Source: the human T2T-CHM13v2.0 reference genome, Homo sapiens
Assembly: GCF_009914755.1 (NCBI RefSeq)
Contig: NC_060944.1
Strand: one strand, 5' to 3'
DNA: 64,000 bases
Positions within the stretch are counted from its first letter, which is position 1. Each line of letters starts with the position of its first letter. Made by a program: the position numbers and the translations under genes. Of the stretch, positions 13,611 through 27,494 are shown in pieces. Below the pieces are notes generated by a model. That model made no database searches and was not told where the DNA came from. It saw only the letters and a list, made by a program, of their open reading frames with translations.

Positions 13611-14717
13611 TTAAAAGCAACAGAACTGATTCTTAGCTGAGCATGAGGGCACCTGGAATAAAGGCCACACGCCCAGTCTGCCTGGACACAAGGTTCTCAT
13701 GGATGGGGCGCGAGCAGAAGTGCCGGGTGCAGTTTCCCTTCTCCTTTCCCTCTTCCTTGGCTGGAATGTGGGCATGGTGCGAGCACCTGAAACCCTGGTG
13801 GTGAGGGGCACACCTCAGGGTTGGCAGAACTTGGTGCTGTCAGCATGGAGCCACCATGCTGCCCTGGACTGCCTTGACAGAAATAAGCTTAGACGTTGTT
13901 TAAGCCACTCTTGTTTCAGAGCTATGTCACTGCAGCTAAAACATATCCTATTACAAAAGACCCCACCGTGTTGTGGCACTTGGGATAAATTCACCATGAA
14001 ACTGTGTTCTTCCTTCTGCTGGCTCTGTTAAGCTTGGCCATCAGTGAAATTACTTTGCCTCCCAATGGCCCTAGCAGGCAGGTGCTTTTACTATCCCCAC
14101 TTGACAGATGAGAAAGTTGAGGCTCACACAGAGGCAAGGTCCCCTACCCAAGGGCACGGACAGCTAAGCGGCTACACGGTCCAGCTCCAGAGCTCACATT
14201 TCTGAATCACTATTCTGTGATTCTCCAGCCTGAGGCCCTGGGCCTCTTCCCACCTCCCCCAACAAATAGGAAGCTCTCACCACTTTTATTCTTGAAGCTA
14301 AAACCTGATGGGTCCATGGCACCCCTCTGATGGGCACTGCCACCATATCTGCTCCTCCCAAACCCTGGAAGTTGGAATCTCAGTGACCCTCCTCCAGTGG
14401 TTCCCTGTGGGGCTGCCAACACCCAGTAGTTAGTAAAAGTGAAAAAAAGGCTGCTTCCCTTTTCTATCTGTCCGCCTCTATCTCTATTCTTGCTCTAGGT
14501 CAGTGGTAGGGGTAGGGAATTGAAACCAAGCAAGACCTGGCCAGGCCCATAGCTGGACCAAAACCGCAGGGGAAGTGTTAGCTTTGGTGTCTTGGTTCAC
14601 GGGGCATGTTGGCTCCACTCTGTGGAGCTCCAAAAAATGAGGGCCCATTCCTGCCTCCAGGCCTTTGGACTTGCTGTTTCCTCTCCCGGCACACTCCTCA
14701 AGATCTCAAGAAGTAAC

Positions 14718-15329
<612 letters not shown>

Positions 15330-15396
15330 AGGCAACATAGTACTGTATAAAGATAGGCCTAGAGATCAATGGAAAAGAATTGTAGGCGGTGGCCAG

Positions 15397-15630
15397 CAGT
15401 TCAAGACCAGCCTGGGCAACACAGAAGGACACCATCTTTACCAAAAAATTTTAAAAACTTAGCCAGACACAGTGATGTGCACCTGTAGTTCCAGCTTTTG
15501 GAAGGCTGAGGTGGGAGGATCACTTGGGCCCAGGAGCTCCAGGTTACAGTGAGTTATAATCGGGCCACTGCACTCCAGCCTGAGTGACAGAACGAACCTG
15601 TCTCTATTATCTCTTTTAAAAAAAAAAAAG
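15397..15630 (+). mobile_element. 5'-truncated AluJ-like element
   Basis: gttcaagaccagcctgggcaacacag...gaggtgggaggatcacttgggcccaggag (AluJ diagnostics). Confidence 0.85.
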
Positions 15631-15637
15631 AGAGAGA

Positions 15638-15745
15638 TAGGTTGATAGGTGCAGCAAACCACCATGGCACATGTAGACATATGTAACAAAGCTGCACATT
15701 CTGCACATGTATCCCAGAACTATAAAAAAAAAAAAAAAAAAGAAA
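15638..15745 (+). mobile_element. L1PA 3' end fragment with poly(A)
   Basis: ggttgataggtgcagcaaaccaccatggcacatg...ctgcacatgtatcccagaact plus A-run. Confidence 0.9.
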
Positions 15746-15774
15746 ATCAAAAGTAAAAATCAATGCATATCAAA

Positions 15775-16575
15775 AAAAATTGAGAGTCCAGAAATAAATC
15801 CTTACATTTATGGTCAGTTAATTTTCCACAAGGATGCCAAGGCAATTAAATGGACAAAAGAACTGTCTTTTCAACAAATGATGCAACTGAATATCCATGT
15901 GCAACAAAATGAGGCTGGCCCCTTCCTCATGCCACACACAAAAATGGACTCAAAATGGATCACAGACCTAAATGTAAGAACTAAAACTATAAAACTGTCA
16001 GAGAAAACACAGGAGTAAACCCCTTGTGACCTTAAGTTAGGCGAAGTGCTCTTAGATATGACCAAATGCACAAGCAACTTAAAAAAAATAGATAACGTGA
16101 ATTTCACCACAATTTAAAACTTCTGTGCTTCAAATGACACTACCCCAACGTGAAAGCCAAAAAATAAATAAAATTTAAAAGGAAGGGAAAAGACAATCTG
16201 CCTAATGAGGAAAATAGTATCAATTACACATCTGATGAGGAACTTGTACCCAGAATATGTAAAGAACCCTTACAACTTAACAACAAAAAGATAAATAATA
16301 CAAGTAAAAAACAGGCATAGGACTTGAACAGACATTTCTCCAAAGAAGATACACAAATGTCCAATAAGCAGATGAAAAGATGTTCAACATCATGTGGGAA
16401 AATGCAAAACAAAACCAAAATGAGATACCACTTCACATCTACTGGAATAGCTATAATCCAAAACATGAATAACAACTGTTGGTGGAGATATGAAAAAAAT
16501 AGAGCCCTCCTACATTGCTGGTAAAAATATAAAATGGTGCAGCAGCTTAGGAAAGCAGTTGGGCAATTCCCTTGA
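15775..16575 (+). mobile_element. Old L1M ORF2 C-terminal fragment; upstream part at ~15335-15382
   Basis: Translations IESPEINPYIYGQLIF and MNRHFSKEDTQMSNKQMKRCSTS...MRYHFT match L1 ORF2p. Confidence 0.9.
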
Positions 16576-16789
16576 GACACCATGATCCAGCCATACCTGA
16601 AGCCATCTATCCATGGCTTGTCAGTTATGTGAGCCTATTTATTTTTTACATATATATGTTGTGTAAGTCAGCTTGGGCTAGTTTTTCCATCTCTTATTTG
16701 AAAAAGTTCCTACTGCTTCACAGTCTCAGAGGGAGTGCACAGATATGGAAACTCGAAGGTGTCCCAGCTGGTCTCAGACAGGCATAAAA

Positions 16790-17260
16790 TGTGGGTATCT
16801 TCAAAGCCAACGAGAGCTTGAGCGATACTAACAAAGGTCTAACATGCGAAAGGAGGGAGGTGAGAAGGCTCCTGCCCAATTCAGAACTGAACAGACTGTA
16901 CTAATAAATCAGAATAGAGTCACATTCAAAGGAGACATACTATGGTACTGAAAACCCTGGAATCCATATCCAAAGTGGAACAGATACATGAACTTCCAGG
17001 GTTTGGCCCAGAGAAGAGTATTTCTGGAAGGAACCCAAGAGGTGCTTGCTTGCTTGCTTGCTAAGCGTCTTGGGAGAACTACATGACTAAGAGGCCCGGT
17101 GAATCTGTAAGACCTCAAGGAGTCCAATGGGACCAGTGCAAGAGACCACTGTTTGAATGAATTAATCCATTCTTACACCACTTGGAGCTTTCTCGCAAGA
17201 GAGAGGGCTACCTTGTAAGGTAGTAAGTTCCCCATCAATAGAAGTATCAATGATAGATTC
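16790..17260. mobile_element. Probable L3/CR1 LINE remnant
   Basis: ggtagtaagttccccatcaatagaagtatcaa resembles the L3 3' region; highly degenerate. Confidence 0.35.
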
Positions 17261-17634
17261 AGGCCCACTAATGCCTTATTCTAGCTCAAACCCATTATCA
17301 GATGATGAAACTGGAGAGCTCTGTGGTCAAGAGAATGGGTGCTGGGAAAAGGGAGGCATGGTCTCTACTTCGCCTCCACCACATCTCAGCTGTGGGGCCT
17401 TGCACAAGTGGCCTCACCTCTCTAAAGCCAAGTGTGTGCATCTGTGAAGGAGGCTAAGACTCACCCCCTAAGGCTAATGTAAGGATCCAATGGGGTGATG
17501 AATGTAAAAGTCTTGGTACCCAATAAGGACACAATATTTATCATCATCGTCATTATGTCTGTGGTAATAGTGGCTATTTCTTATGATTTCTGCATAGTAG
17601 GAATAATAGTGAAAATAGAAGTCGTGGTAATAGT

Positions 17635-17850
17635 CCTAATAGCTAGCATCTACTAAGTACTTACTGTGCACCAAGCACTGCTCGAAATTTAAGTGTATTA
17701 AGTCATTTCATCCTCGAATCATCCCAGTGAGGTGGGTACTATTATCATCCCACTCTATATATAAGGAAACTGAGGCACAGAGAGGTTAAAACCCTCTTGC
17801 CCAAGGCCACAGAGACAGAAAGTGGGACTTGGCAGATGCCAACCACATCT
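17635..17850 (-). mobile_element. MIR SINE
   Basis: aagtacttactgtgcaccaagcactg...attatcatccc...aaggaaactgaggcacagagaggttaa. Confidence 0.8.
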
Positions 17851-19799
17851 ACAGGCCCCTCTAGAAATAGTAATAGCTGGAAATGAACACCTCCAAATCA
17901 GACTCTTAGAACACAAAGTGTCTAAGTAGGGCAGGTCCTGGGGATCCTTTAGAAAAACTGAGTGCAGGGAAGAGAGGGGTGTGCCAGGGCTACCCTGTGA
18001 ACCAGCAGCATTAGCCCCTCCAGGAGCCAGGCTGATGGCCTTCCCCAGCATCCGCCCCTCGAGTCCTGTGTGGTTTCGCGAGTGGGGCCCCAAGCGAAGG
18101 CTTCCTAGAAGAGAGGATGTTGGCGCAGAGAAGCCTGGGCTTCCGCGAGATGCCTCACCTCCCTCTTGCCCCTGCAATCACATTTACTCAAAGGATGTCC
18201 AAAGGTGCCCGCTCTGAGCAGCCCCTTCATGTCCCCAAAACTGTGTCATCAGCTCCCAGCATGGCCGTAAGAGGCAGCCTGAGGCGCAGGGCCTCAAACC
18301 CAAGGGCAACAAACAAACGTGGCTAGAGCCAGCTCCTACTGGCTCACTCAGCTTCACCGAAGGCCCAGCTCACTCAGCCTTATCCCAAGGCCCAGGAGAG
18401 GACTGGGGGAAGAACAAAGGGCTCAGAGGAAGAGGAGGTGGTAAGGAGAGAGGAGGATGAGCTGCAGAGGTCTACTGCTTCCACCTGCTCCTCTCTCGGG
18501 CCATGGAGTCCAGGAGAGGTCACCCCAGCCAGCTCCCAGTGTGGATCTGTGACTAAAGCCTGACCTTCCATCCTCCCAGCCACACAGGGAGAGTGTGGGA
18601 CCCATGCTGAGCCGGTGGGCCTCAGGCTGGGACTTCCTACGCAAACGCTGGGAAAGGCATGCTCTCCTCTCCCTGGGTGGGTACACTGGTCACACACAGG
18701 CCTGAGGCTGCTGGTGACCAACGACGCCACTGTAAGAAAGCAGCCTCCTGAGCACAAGGCTGGCACTGAGGGAAACACAGCAGGACATGGACAGACGGAG
18801 TCAGGATAGTATCGCCTGAGCCCTGGATGCAGCTATGCCTGAAGTCAGACCTACCCTTGGTCTTTTCTGTTTTCTATTCTTTTTTTAAAAGTAAGTTTAA
18901 TTAACAATGTCATAAAAACAATAAAGTAGATTTTCAGTCACTGGCAAGCGAAATCATAAGAAAATGAACCCATAAACCCACAGTGTGAAAACAAAGCTGC
19001 AATTGTCACTGGAAGATGTGATAATACCCACCATTCTCTGTGACTTGGGGTTGGTGGGGGTTGGAAAGCCATATTGTCCTCTCCACAAAGAGAAAAAGGC
19101 AGGAGGGTGGTGTCACCAACAGGGTCTGGGTCAAGCAGAACAACACCAACTTTCTGGGGACACCTCAGCCAACTCCAGGAAGGGGCTGATCCTGCACTCA
19201 GTGACTTGCCTCCAGTCACACAGGCCTGCCCAAGGCTCTGCCATCTAAGCTCAGGAAGCCTGGCTTGCTCCTGTACCCACAGTGCTGAAGTCCCCTGCGG
19301 CCATACCTAGGGTGACAGCAGAATGCAAATGAAGAGGTGCTAAGGATACCCACCACCACTTTAAAAAAAAAAAAAAGGAAAAGAAAACAAGAAGCGAAAA
19401 ACATCTGGAAGTCCAAGAGAACCCAGAAGTGAAGAGCTCCCCAGCATTGCAAAAAAAAACCCACAAACACCCTGCATGCATGCAAATCATATGCAGACTT
19501 CATGCAAATGTATTTCCAATTTTAACAATTTCAGCCTCTGCTGCATGTCTAGGAAAACTGTAGTCCCACCAATTAGGAATTAGCAGGAGAAAGGAAATAA
19601 TGCTTGTGGGTTTTAAAAACTCCTTTCTTCTACTCAGAGAGGAAAGGGGGGTAAAGTGGGAAGAGGGTTCCTATCAGGAAGTTCCTGTTCTGGCTTTGAT
19701 GAGGATGTGCTGTGTGACCTTGGACAAGTTGCCTCCCCTTTCTGTGCCTATGCCTCTTGGCTATGCAAGGTAGTGATGAGACCAAGCTAAATGTTATCG

Positions 19800-20012
19800 C
19801 CAGCCTCTGTCAGCAAAGCAGAAGCTCTGGCCACCCTGGACTTGCCTTTCCACCTTACAGTAACAGTTGGCTGGGCTGAGCAGTGGCTGTTCCTTAGAAG
19901 GGATGTGTGTCCTCTAGTCTGCCACAGTTCCCACCCAACTCGCTAAGTTACAACCACCCTACTCACTCGTTTCCTGCACGTGCCCTGCAGGTATCTGTGT
20001 TTGTGACCCTAG
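19800..20012. mobile_element. MER102-like hAT element fragment
   Basis: agttggctgggctgagcagtggctg...gccacagttcccacc...ctgtgtttgtgaccct; related to 63620-63890. Confidence 0.55.
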
Positions 20013-20239
20013 GTTGGTAGGTCTCTACTGACCCTCCAGGCTCTGACATTCAGGAGCTCTATATCCAGCCTTTCAAAGAGGCCCTAGCACGGCTCACCGT
20101 GAAGTTCTACACCTCTTGCTCCCACTTCCAGGCTCTGCACAGGCATTTCTCTAGAGAAAAGGGTAAAATGGTGAGAGATGGTGGTGATTGATGGTGATGG
20201 TAATGGTGGTGGTAGTGGTGATGATAGCTATAAATTTCA

Positions 20240-20650
20240 ACTTAGTGGAAGCAAAAATAAATAAAAATAAAATAAATAAAGGAAAAAGAGCAACTAAGCC
20301 AAAGAAACTAAAACAATCCAAAATAAAACATGGAAAGACGCAAAAGCATCAAAAAAAGAGGATAAACAGAAATCAAAAAGAAGGACGGCAGAACCAAGTT
20401 CAAATATATTAATAAACACAATAAATATAAGTGGACGAAACGCTCCTGTTAGAAGATATTATCAGATCAGATTTTAAATTGAACTCTATGGAGTTAACAA
20501 AAAAAGCACCTAAAGTCTAAGGATTCAGATAGGTCAACCACAAAAGGAGAAATAAGATATTTCAGGAAAACACTAGTCAAAAGAAACTTAATGTAGTTAT
20601 ATTAATATTGGAAAAAACAGACGTTGAAACAATAAAAATAACTAATATTA
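20240..20650 (+). mobile_element. Old L1M fragment (inter-ORF region and start of ORF2 endonuclease)
   Basis: A-rich; acaataaatataagtggacgaaacgctcctgttagaaga resembles the ORF2 start (NVNGLN.PIKR). Confidence 0.55.
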
Positions 20651-21569
20651 AGCACATCTCAGCATTTTACAGATATTTTTCATTTCATCTTTATAATAAC
20701 CAATAACTAGGGCACTATTTCACAGGAGAAAACTGAGGCACACAGAGTTTAAGTCAGATTTCAAAGAGGCAATGCTAATAAGGTCAGGAGCTAGGATTAA
20801 TAAGCATAAAAACCATTACAATATTTGAGTCACCAACATTTAACAAGCATGACCATTTACTCAGTAGTATGCAAAATGCTTTCATGAGTTTTCTCATGCA
20901 TTGTCTCATCTGATCTTCACAGCAAGCCTGGGAGGTAACTACCATGCCCATTTTACAGATGGGAAAATGGAGACAAAGAGAGGTTCAGCAACTTGCCCTT
21001 GGTCACACAGCTAAGAAGTGGAGTTGGACTTCCGAATTCACTCTTAACCACACACAGTACAGGAGAAAGTAGAATCCAGGTTGGACCCCACAAAAGGTGA
21101 TCTAGGAAGGCTCCTTCGAAGATGGGGCAGCTGAGCATGGCTTTGAAAGGAAGAGGTGATGGCAGGACCCCCCCCCAACTCCCCAACAAGGGGTGTCCCG
21201 AGGTTAGTGCTCACCACACAGGAAAGAGCCTAAGCACAGGCTGACACAGGTTGAGTCTCTGGGGCAGCTGTGGGCGAGGTGTTGGTGCTCGGCCCGAGAG
21301 ACAGGATGAAGGGGTGGGCACTGTGGTTGGGGGAGGATGGGGTCAGGGTAGAGGGGGCTGCAGTGAAGAGATCTCTGACTTCCTGTGCTTTCTCAGCAAG
21401 ACGGTGACAATGCCCGATCCCCAGCAGATGAGGAGCTCACTGCATAACATCAGTCAGACAAAAACTCCAAAGAGATAACCCAAAGTATCCAGAATAATAG
21501 AAGGACTCTGGGAAATCAAAAGGACAATTGTCCAATAGAAAATGGGCAAAGGATGTGAAAAGGCAACTC

Positions 21570-22325
21570 TCATGAAATGCACCCACCTCCACTGCCACCA
21601 CCAGGTCAAGACATCTCCTACCCGAACCACTGAAGCCAAGCACTTTCTGGTCTCCCTGACTCCACCCTGACCACCCCACGGTCCATCCTCCACACACAGC
21701 CAGAGGGACCCCATTAGAACTAAGGCAGATCCCATTCCTCCCTGCTCAGAACCTTCCCATGGCTCCCACCTCACCAAGATGGAAAATAAAGACCCCACGA
21801 TGGCCCACAAGGCCATACCTGACCTGGCTCCATTACCTCTCTAACCTTACTCCCTCGCTCTCTCCCTATCCTCTTCCTTTCCAGTCACCCTGGCCTCCTC
21901 ACTGTTCCCCAGACACACCAGCAACAGTCCTGCCCCAGGGCCTTTGCACTGGCTGTTCCCTCTGGAACAATTTTCCCCAAGGTACCTGCTTGACTTCCTC
22001 CTTCACCTCTTTCAGGTCTTTGCTCAAATGTTTCCTTCTCAGTCCAGCCTTCCCTGACCACATTATCTAAACCTGCAACCCCCTGAGTGACTCCTGGTCC
22101 TTACTGATCTTCTGAACCTGATATTTATTTTTTCCACAGCATCCAAATATTCCATCTAAACAAGCATACACATTTCTTACTCATTTGTCACCATCTCCCC
22201 CAAGAAGAATGTCCGTTCCAAGGGGACAGGGGTTCAAGCTGGTTTTGTTCACTTTGTACCTCTAGCACCTCAAGCAGTGCCTGACACATAACAGTTGCTC
22301 AATAAATAGGTGGTGAATGAATGAA
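21570..22325 (+). mobile_element. L2 LINE 3' portion
   Basis: cagggcctttgcactggctgttccctctggaac...gtgcctgacacataacagttgctcaataaataggtggtgaatgaatgaa (L2 3' terminus). Confidence 0.85.
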
Positions 22326-23014
22326 TGGCTTCAAAAACCCTAAACACTGCAGCACCAACCGTGGCTGTCTCTCGGAGGACACTAGGAAGACGGAAAGGGA
22401 TTTGCTAAGAGAGTAGTATTCTACTGTGTGAGTCACTGTTTTTTAATGTTGGCTTCTCCCCTTCCCCCTCCACCCATCCTACATAAAGTCTGCTCTGGTG
22501 CCACCTAAAATCTTCTGGAAAGCTATGAGTAGTATACGTCCATGCTCCGGGAAACACGTCACTCCCAGTTGTCCCCCTTCACCGAGAATTGAGGTCAACA
22601 CCTCCCTGGCAATGGACCTCACTCAGTCCATCCCAGGAGCGCGGACCTCAGTATCAGCCACTTTCCTCCCAGCCAAGTAGACAGAGGTAACAGCCGAATG
22701 ACAAGGTCCTTGCGCTGCACTTGGGTGACAGCTGCATCACCCACAGACAGACATGGGAGGTGCAGGAGACACCAGCGGCCGTGCACAGACCCAAGGCTGT
22801 ACCCCAAGCAGCCACTCTGCAAAAAACCTCCCTGGATGCAACCCCACTACAGCAGCTGTTCCGAATGGACAGGTCCCAGGATGTGTCCTGTTGGGGCCCA
22901 CAGTGTTTAACAAGTTCTCAATCAAGCTGATACTTGGACATAAGTAACTTTCACATAAAAGTCCCAATTTCTGGATTCAGAAACAGTTGGCAAGAAGACA
23001 GGGGTGGCCTTTCC

Positions 23015-23995
23015 ACATTCATTCAATAAGTGACCAGGGGTATCTACCCTGTGCAGGCACCATTCCAGGCACTGAGGAAACAGGCCCATATCCCTGCCCT
23101 TGGGGAGCTGATGTCTCAAAATCAATCAGGACACCAAGCGTCCCAGGACAGAATGTGAGCCAGCGAGCAGTGCTATGAAGAAAAATAAAAGCAAGGTGAA
23201 GGGGACAGAGAATGGCAGAGGCAGCTCCTCTATCGCAGAGGTGGCCAGGGAAGGCCTTGGGCAGGAGGCACTGGAGCAGCAGAAGCCTGACAAAGATGAA
23301 GAGTGAGCCTCAGGAGACATGGGGTAAAATGTCCCAGCAGAAGAAAGAGCAGGTGCAAAGGCCCTGAGGCAGAAACCTGCTTGTTGTGTTCAGAACTTCA
23401 GGAAGCAAGCCTGGCTGAGCAGAGAAGATGACAAGGTCAGAGAGGAACATGGGTGAGATCGGTAGGACACTGCAGATGGCAACAGCAAAGAACTTGGACC
23501 TTACTCGGAGTGAGCAGAGAGTCCTGGGAGGGTAGTCCGGGGAGGAGTGACATGAACTGACTTCAGTTTAGCTGCTGAGCTGGGAGCAGCCTGCAGAGGA
23601 CAAGAACAGAGGCAGGGAGGCCCGCTGGGGCCGTGGCAGTGTCCCAGCATGGGGGAAGTGAAGGCATTCGAAAACAGCTGGACTCTGGACAGAGTCTGAG
23701 AGCAGAGCCGACAGGACCTCCTCATGGCGAGACATGGGGGTGGGGAAAGAGGGACACCAAATGTAATCCCAAGGTTTGGCCTGAGCAACCAGAAGGACAG
23801 AGGGGCTGTCTGCTGAGCTGGGGATGGAGGGGTTGGTGGGGAGGTGGTCTGGGGAAAGGCATGAGTATGCTTGGTAAGAGATGCCTGCCAGACACTCAAA
23901 TGCAGAAACTCAACGGGCCGGAAGACAAGCCCAGGGTCTAGGGGAGAGGTCCGGGCTGAAGTCATCCAGGTGGAGACGGAGTTTAAGGCCATGGG
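23015..23995 (-). mobile_element. L2 LINE 3' portion, opposite orientation to 21570-22325
   Basis: Starts cattcattcaataa; contains gtgcaaaggccctgaggcag and aaggtttggcctgagcaacc. Confidence 0.8.
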
Positions 23996-24430
23996 AATGT
24001 CCACACAAATCCTGTACATGGACCTTCAGAGCAACATGACTCACAATAGCCAGAAAGTGGAAACGACCCAAATGTCCATCAGCTAATGAGTGGATAAACA
24101 CAACGTGGTCCAGCCACACAACGGAAGATGATTCAGCCACAAAAAGGAAGGAGGCACCGACACGCTCCAATGTGGCTGAACCTTGAGGACATGAGCCTAA
24201 GTGAAGCCAGCCAGGCACGAAAGACCAGCACTGTGTGATTCCACTTGGAGGAAATATCCAGAATAGGTGAACTGACAGAGGCAGAAAGTAGACAAGTGGT
24301 CGGCAGGGGCTGGAGGAGGGGAGGATGGACAGTAAGTGTTTATAGGTCTGGGGTTTCTTTTGGGGGTGACAGAAATGTTCTAAAATTATTGTGGTAATGG
24401 TTGCACAACCCTTGAGTATGCTTTTTTAAA
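23996..24430 (+). mobile_element. L1M (L1MB/MC-like) 3' UTR fragment
   Basis: cacaatagccagaaagtggaaacgacccaaatgtccatc...gaaatgttctaaaattattgtggtaatggttgcacaac. Confidence 0.85.
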
Positions 24431-26362
24431 AAAGGCCACAGAGTAGATAAGGCCACCACAGGAGCAAGTCTAGATGGGTAAACAAACGGCCAGAGGACTA
24501 AGCCCAGGGCCCATCTCTCCTCAGAGGCCCCGGAGATGAGGAAGCAGCAAAGGAGACCAAGATCAAGCGGCCAGAGAGCTGGGGGCAAAGGTGGCAACTG
24601 CCCCCTGAGACAGGGTATGTCCCCTGCAGTCAGCCCCAGGATGTCCCCTGCCACACACTCCAAGCTCCTGCAGGGCCCAGCCCAAGTCTGGAAGCTCCAA
24701 GGGGCAGGGCCCGGGTCTGTCTTGTTCTCAGCTGTGGACAGTGAGCAGCGACACAGATGTGTGCATCACCAGGAAATAACTAAGAAGATCAGTGACAGTC
24801 AGGCCCCCCACCGGCACCAGCCAGCTGTGCACCAGGGGCATTACCCCAAACCTGAATCATTCCCCTGGCAACGTGAATGGAAAAGTCAACAAAGCCTGAA
24901 ATGCCAACTGCCTATCCTGGGCCTCGGCTGAGGAGTCGAGATAGAATGTTCCGGCTATTCTTAGGCAACGTTCAAGTTCAGCTTTTGGGGGCTGTTCCCA
25001 AAAAGGCTTTCATTCTCGCCTCTTCCCTCTTCCTACCCAGGCTCCTCAACATTGTGTGCCCACCCCGAGTGGGAGTTCAGCTCAAACAAGAGGGCTCAGA
25101 GGGCCACGGGGACCCCTGCAAGGGCATCTGAATCTGGAGAAGCCAGAGGGGGTGGGCTGGGGGGTTGAGCTCAGCTGCTTCAAGTTCATGGGATCATCTT
25201 TGAAAATCCACTGGAAAATGTGACAGAAAGAAGGAACTCCGGAGGTGGGGGGGACAGAATTCCCCTGAGCCCCGGGTGTTTGCTGATGCAAATGTTCCCG
25301 CTCTGGGGCCAAAGGCCGGACACACTGAGGAGTTCTGTCAGGCGGGGAGCAAGGCATGGCCCCAACGGGAGTCTAAGGCCCTGCTTGTTCTCTCCCAAAC
25401 AGCACCCCCCACCCCACAATCTCCTACTTGATAAACACAGCTGGAGACCAAGGAAACAAGGCGTGCCCCGACGGAGCGCAAGTGGGCAGAGTAAACAGCC
25501 GTCTGGCCAGGAGAGCAAACCGCAGCCACCCCATCGCTTTTCCTGCGGGCCATTTCCTCCACGGGTCGCCGGGCGGTTCTGCCCCTGCTCTCTCTGTTCT
25601 CCTGGGAATCCAGAGCCCAGGAATCCCACCAGACCAAACTCTGGCCCCTGGGGAGATGGGAACAGGCCTCAGAAATGCCTGGGCCTCACATCGAGCCTAG
25701 AGTCCACCGTACACACAGGTCCAGCGACACCATGTGTTAAAATATGTCACGGAAGCTGCAGCTCCAAGTGCCTGCTGGAACCCAGACTTTCGCAAGATCC
25801 AGAAACCAAACCTCAGTTCAGCTCTGGGCCATGGCTGCTGGTTCTTCTTATGGGTCAGATGTTCAAGGTTTTGAAACGCAGAGAAGAAGGACACTGGCCT
25901 CAAAACACAGAGCCACCGACCTTAGACGCCATTTAGGGAACTGAGAAGGGCAGCATCGCTGACACTCCAGCACTTTGGCAGTTTAACTCCCCAAAATCCT
26001 TCTCAGCAGGCAGTAGAGCCATATGGTTAGGGGTGGTCCTCTGGAATCAGAATGCCCGGGTTCTAATCATGATTCTACTGCTTAACTACTACGTGGCCTT
26101 GGAAAGGCCACTTCCTCTGTGCCTCAGTTGCCCCATCTCCAAGAGGGGGCTAATCACAGTGCCTACCTTGCTGAGTTGCCGTTAGAACTAAGTCCATGCT
26201 TACTTGTCATAACAACCCCGTAAGTACCATTAACATGAACCCTATGTTTCAATGAGAAACTGAGGCACAGGGACGGATAGTGACTTGCCCAAGGTTACAC
26301 ACTCGTAAATGACAGAGAAATCCAAACCCAGACTGCTTATGGCTGCAACGGCTGACTCTCAT

Positions 26363-26581
26363 CCAGGGGTCAGCACATTTTTGCTGTAAAGGGCCAGATG
26401 GTAAATATTTTAGGCTCTGCTGGCTACATCCACTCTCTGCTACATATTCTTCTGGGGTTTTGCTTGTTCGTTTAACAAAGCTTTTAAAAAAAAGAGTAAA
26501 CATCATTCTTAGCTCATAGGCTGTATAAAAACAGGCCATGGGCTATATTTGGCCCAGAGGCCACAGTTTTGCCCACCCTGT
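26363..26581. mobile_element. MER58-like hAT MITE
   Basis: caggggtcagcac...tgtaaagggccagatggtaaatattttaggc...ggccacagttttgcccaccctg. Confidence 0.8.
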
Positions 26582-27494
26582 CTCTAACCACTACAGTACA
26601 CTGTCTCTTAATGCTGGTAGCTAATCCAAGTTCAAAAGACACATCACACAGATCACACAAAGCACATCTGCAGGCCCGATTTGGTCCACAGGCTACCAGT
26701 TTATAAGTTTCACCTGAAGCTTCTTCCACAACCAGGTGAAGACCTGAGCTACAGCATTTCTAAGACCTATCTAGGGATCGAAGCCATGGCAACAACAAGT
26801 GCTGAAGTTCCTTTCGAGATTGCTGGGAGAGATCAACAGCAGGAGCAGACCAGAGGAGGCATGGGAGAGCTGCGTCCCACCCCCACGGCTGCGCACAGCA
26901 AAGTCCTGTGTTCGTGGGCAGAGCTGATGGCCCCAGGGTCTGGCCCAGTTCAGAGGCTCCAGCATCACCCACCTTCTCCAGCAGAAAACCAAGATGAAGA
27001 ATGCCCTGGTACCCTTCCCCTCCCCTTTTGCTTCCAGTTCATGGAGCAAAAATACACAAACCCCTGTGAGCAGGTGCGTGAATGAGGCCCCACCAGCCAA
27101 ATTAATCCCCCCACAGGGAACCTAAAACACAGCTGCCTTCAGGACAGAGCCAGGACAGGCTCCGGCCAATAGCCATTTTGTTCAGCCATTTCCAAGGGCT
27201 GAAACCCTGGGCTGAGAGCAGTGGAAGGTGGAAGAGCCGTCCCCTGGGCTCAGGATCTGTCCAGCAGCCAGGCTGAAGCCTAGAATCAAGACTTCTCCAT
27301 CCCCACAGAAGCAGCAAACCTTCCCTGCTTTGCCCAGCCAAGACAAAGCCAGGGCTGGCGGCAGGGAAGGAAACAGCAGGTGTATGGAAGGCTGCATTTG
27401 CCCAGCCAACACCTATGCCTGCCCTCACCCTGCCTTCCACAAACAGCTCAGACTTTGGTCACGTGGGGTTCATCTGTCCTCACTCATGGCCTGT

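Noticed and set aside
15707-16524. ORFs with real protein similarity (IESPEINP..., MNRHFSKED...)
   Set aside because: Frameshifted remnants of L1 ORF2p, not a functional gene
25220-25936. Longest ORF in the track (238 aa, + strand)
   Set aside because: Starts at GTG; Pro/Arg/Gly/Ser-rich with no recognisable domain; expected by chance in GC-rich intron, antisense to PREX1
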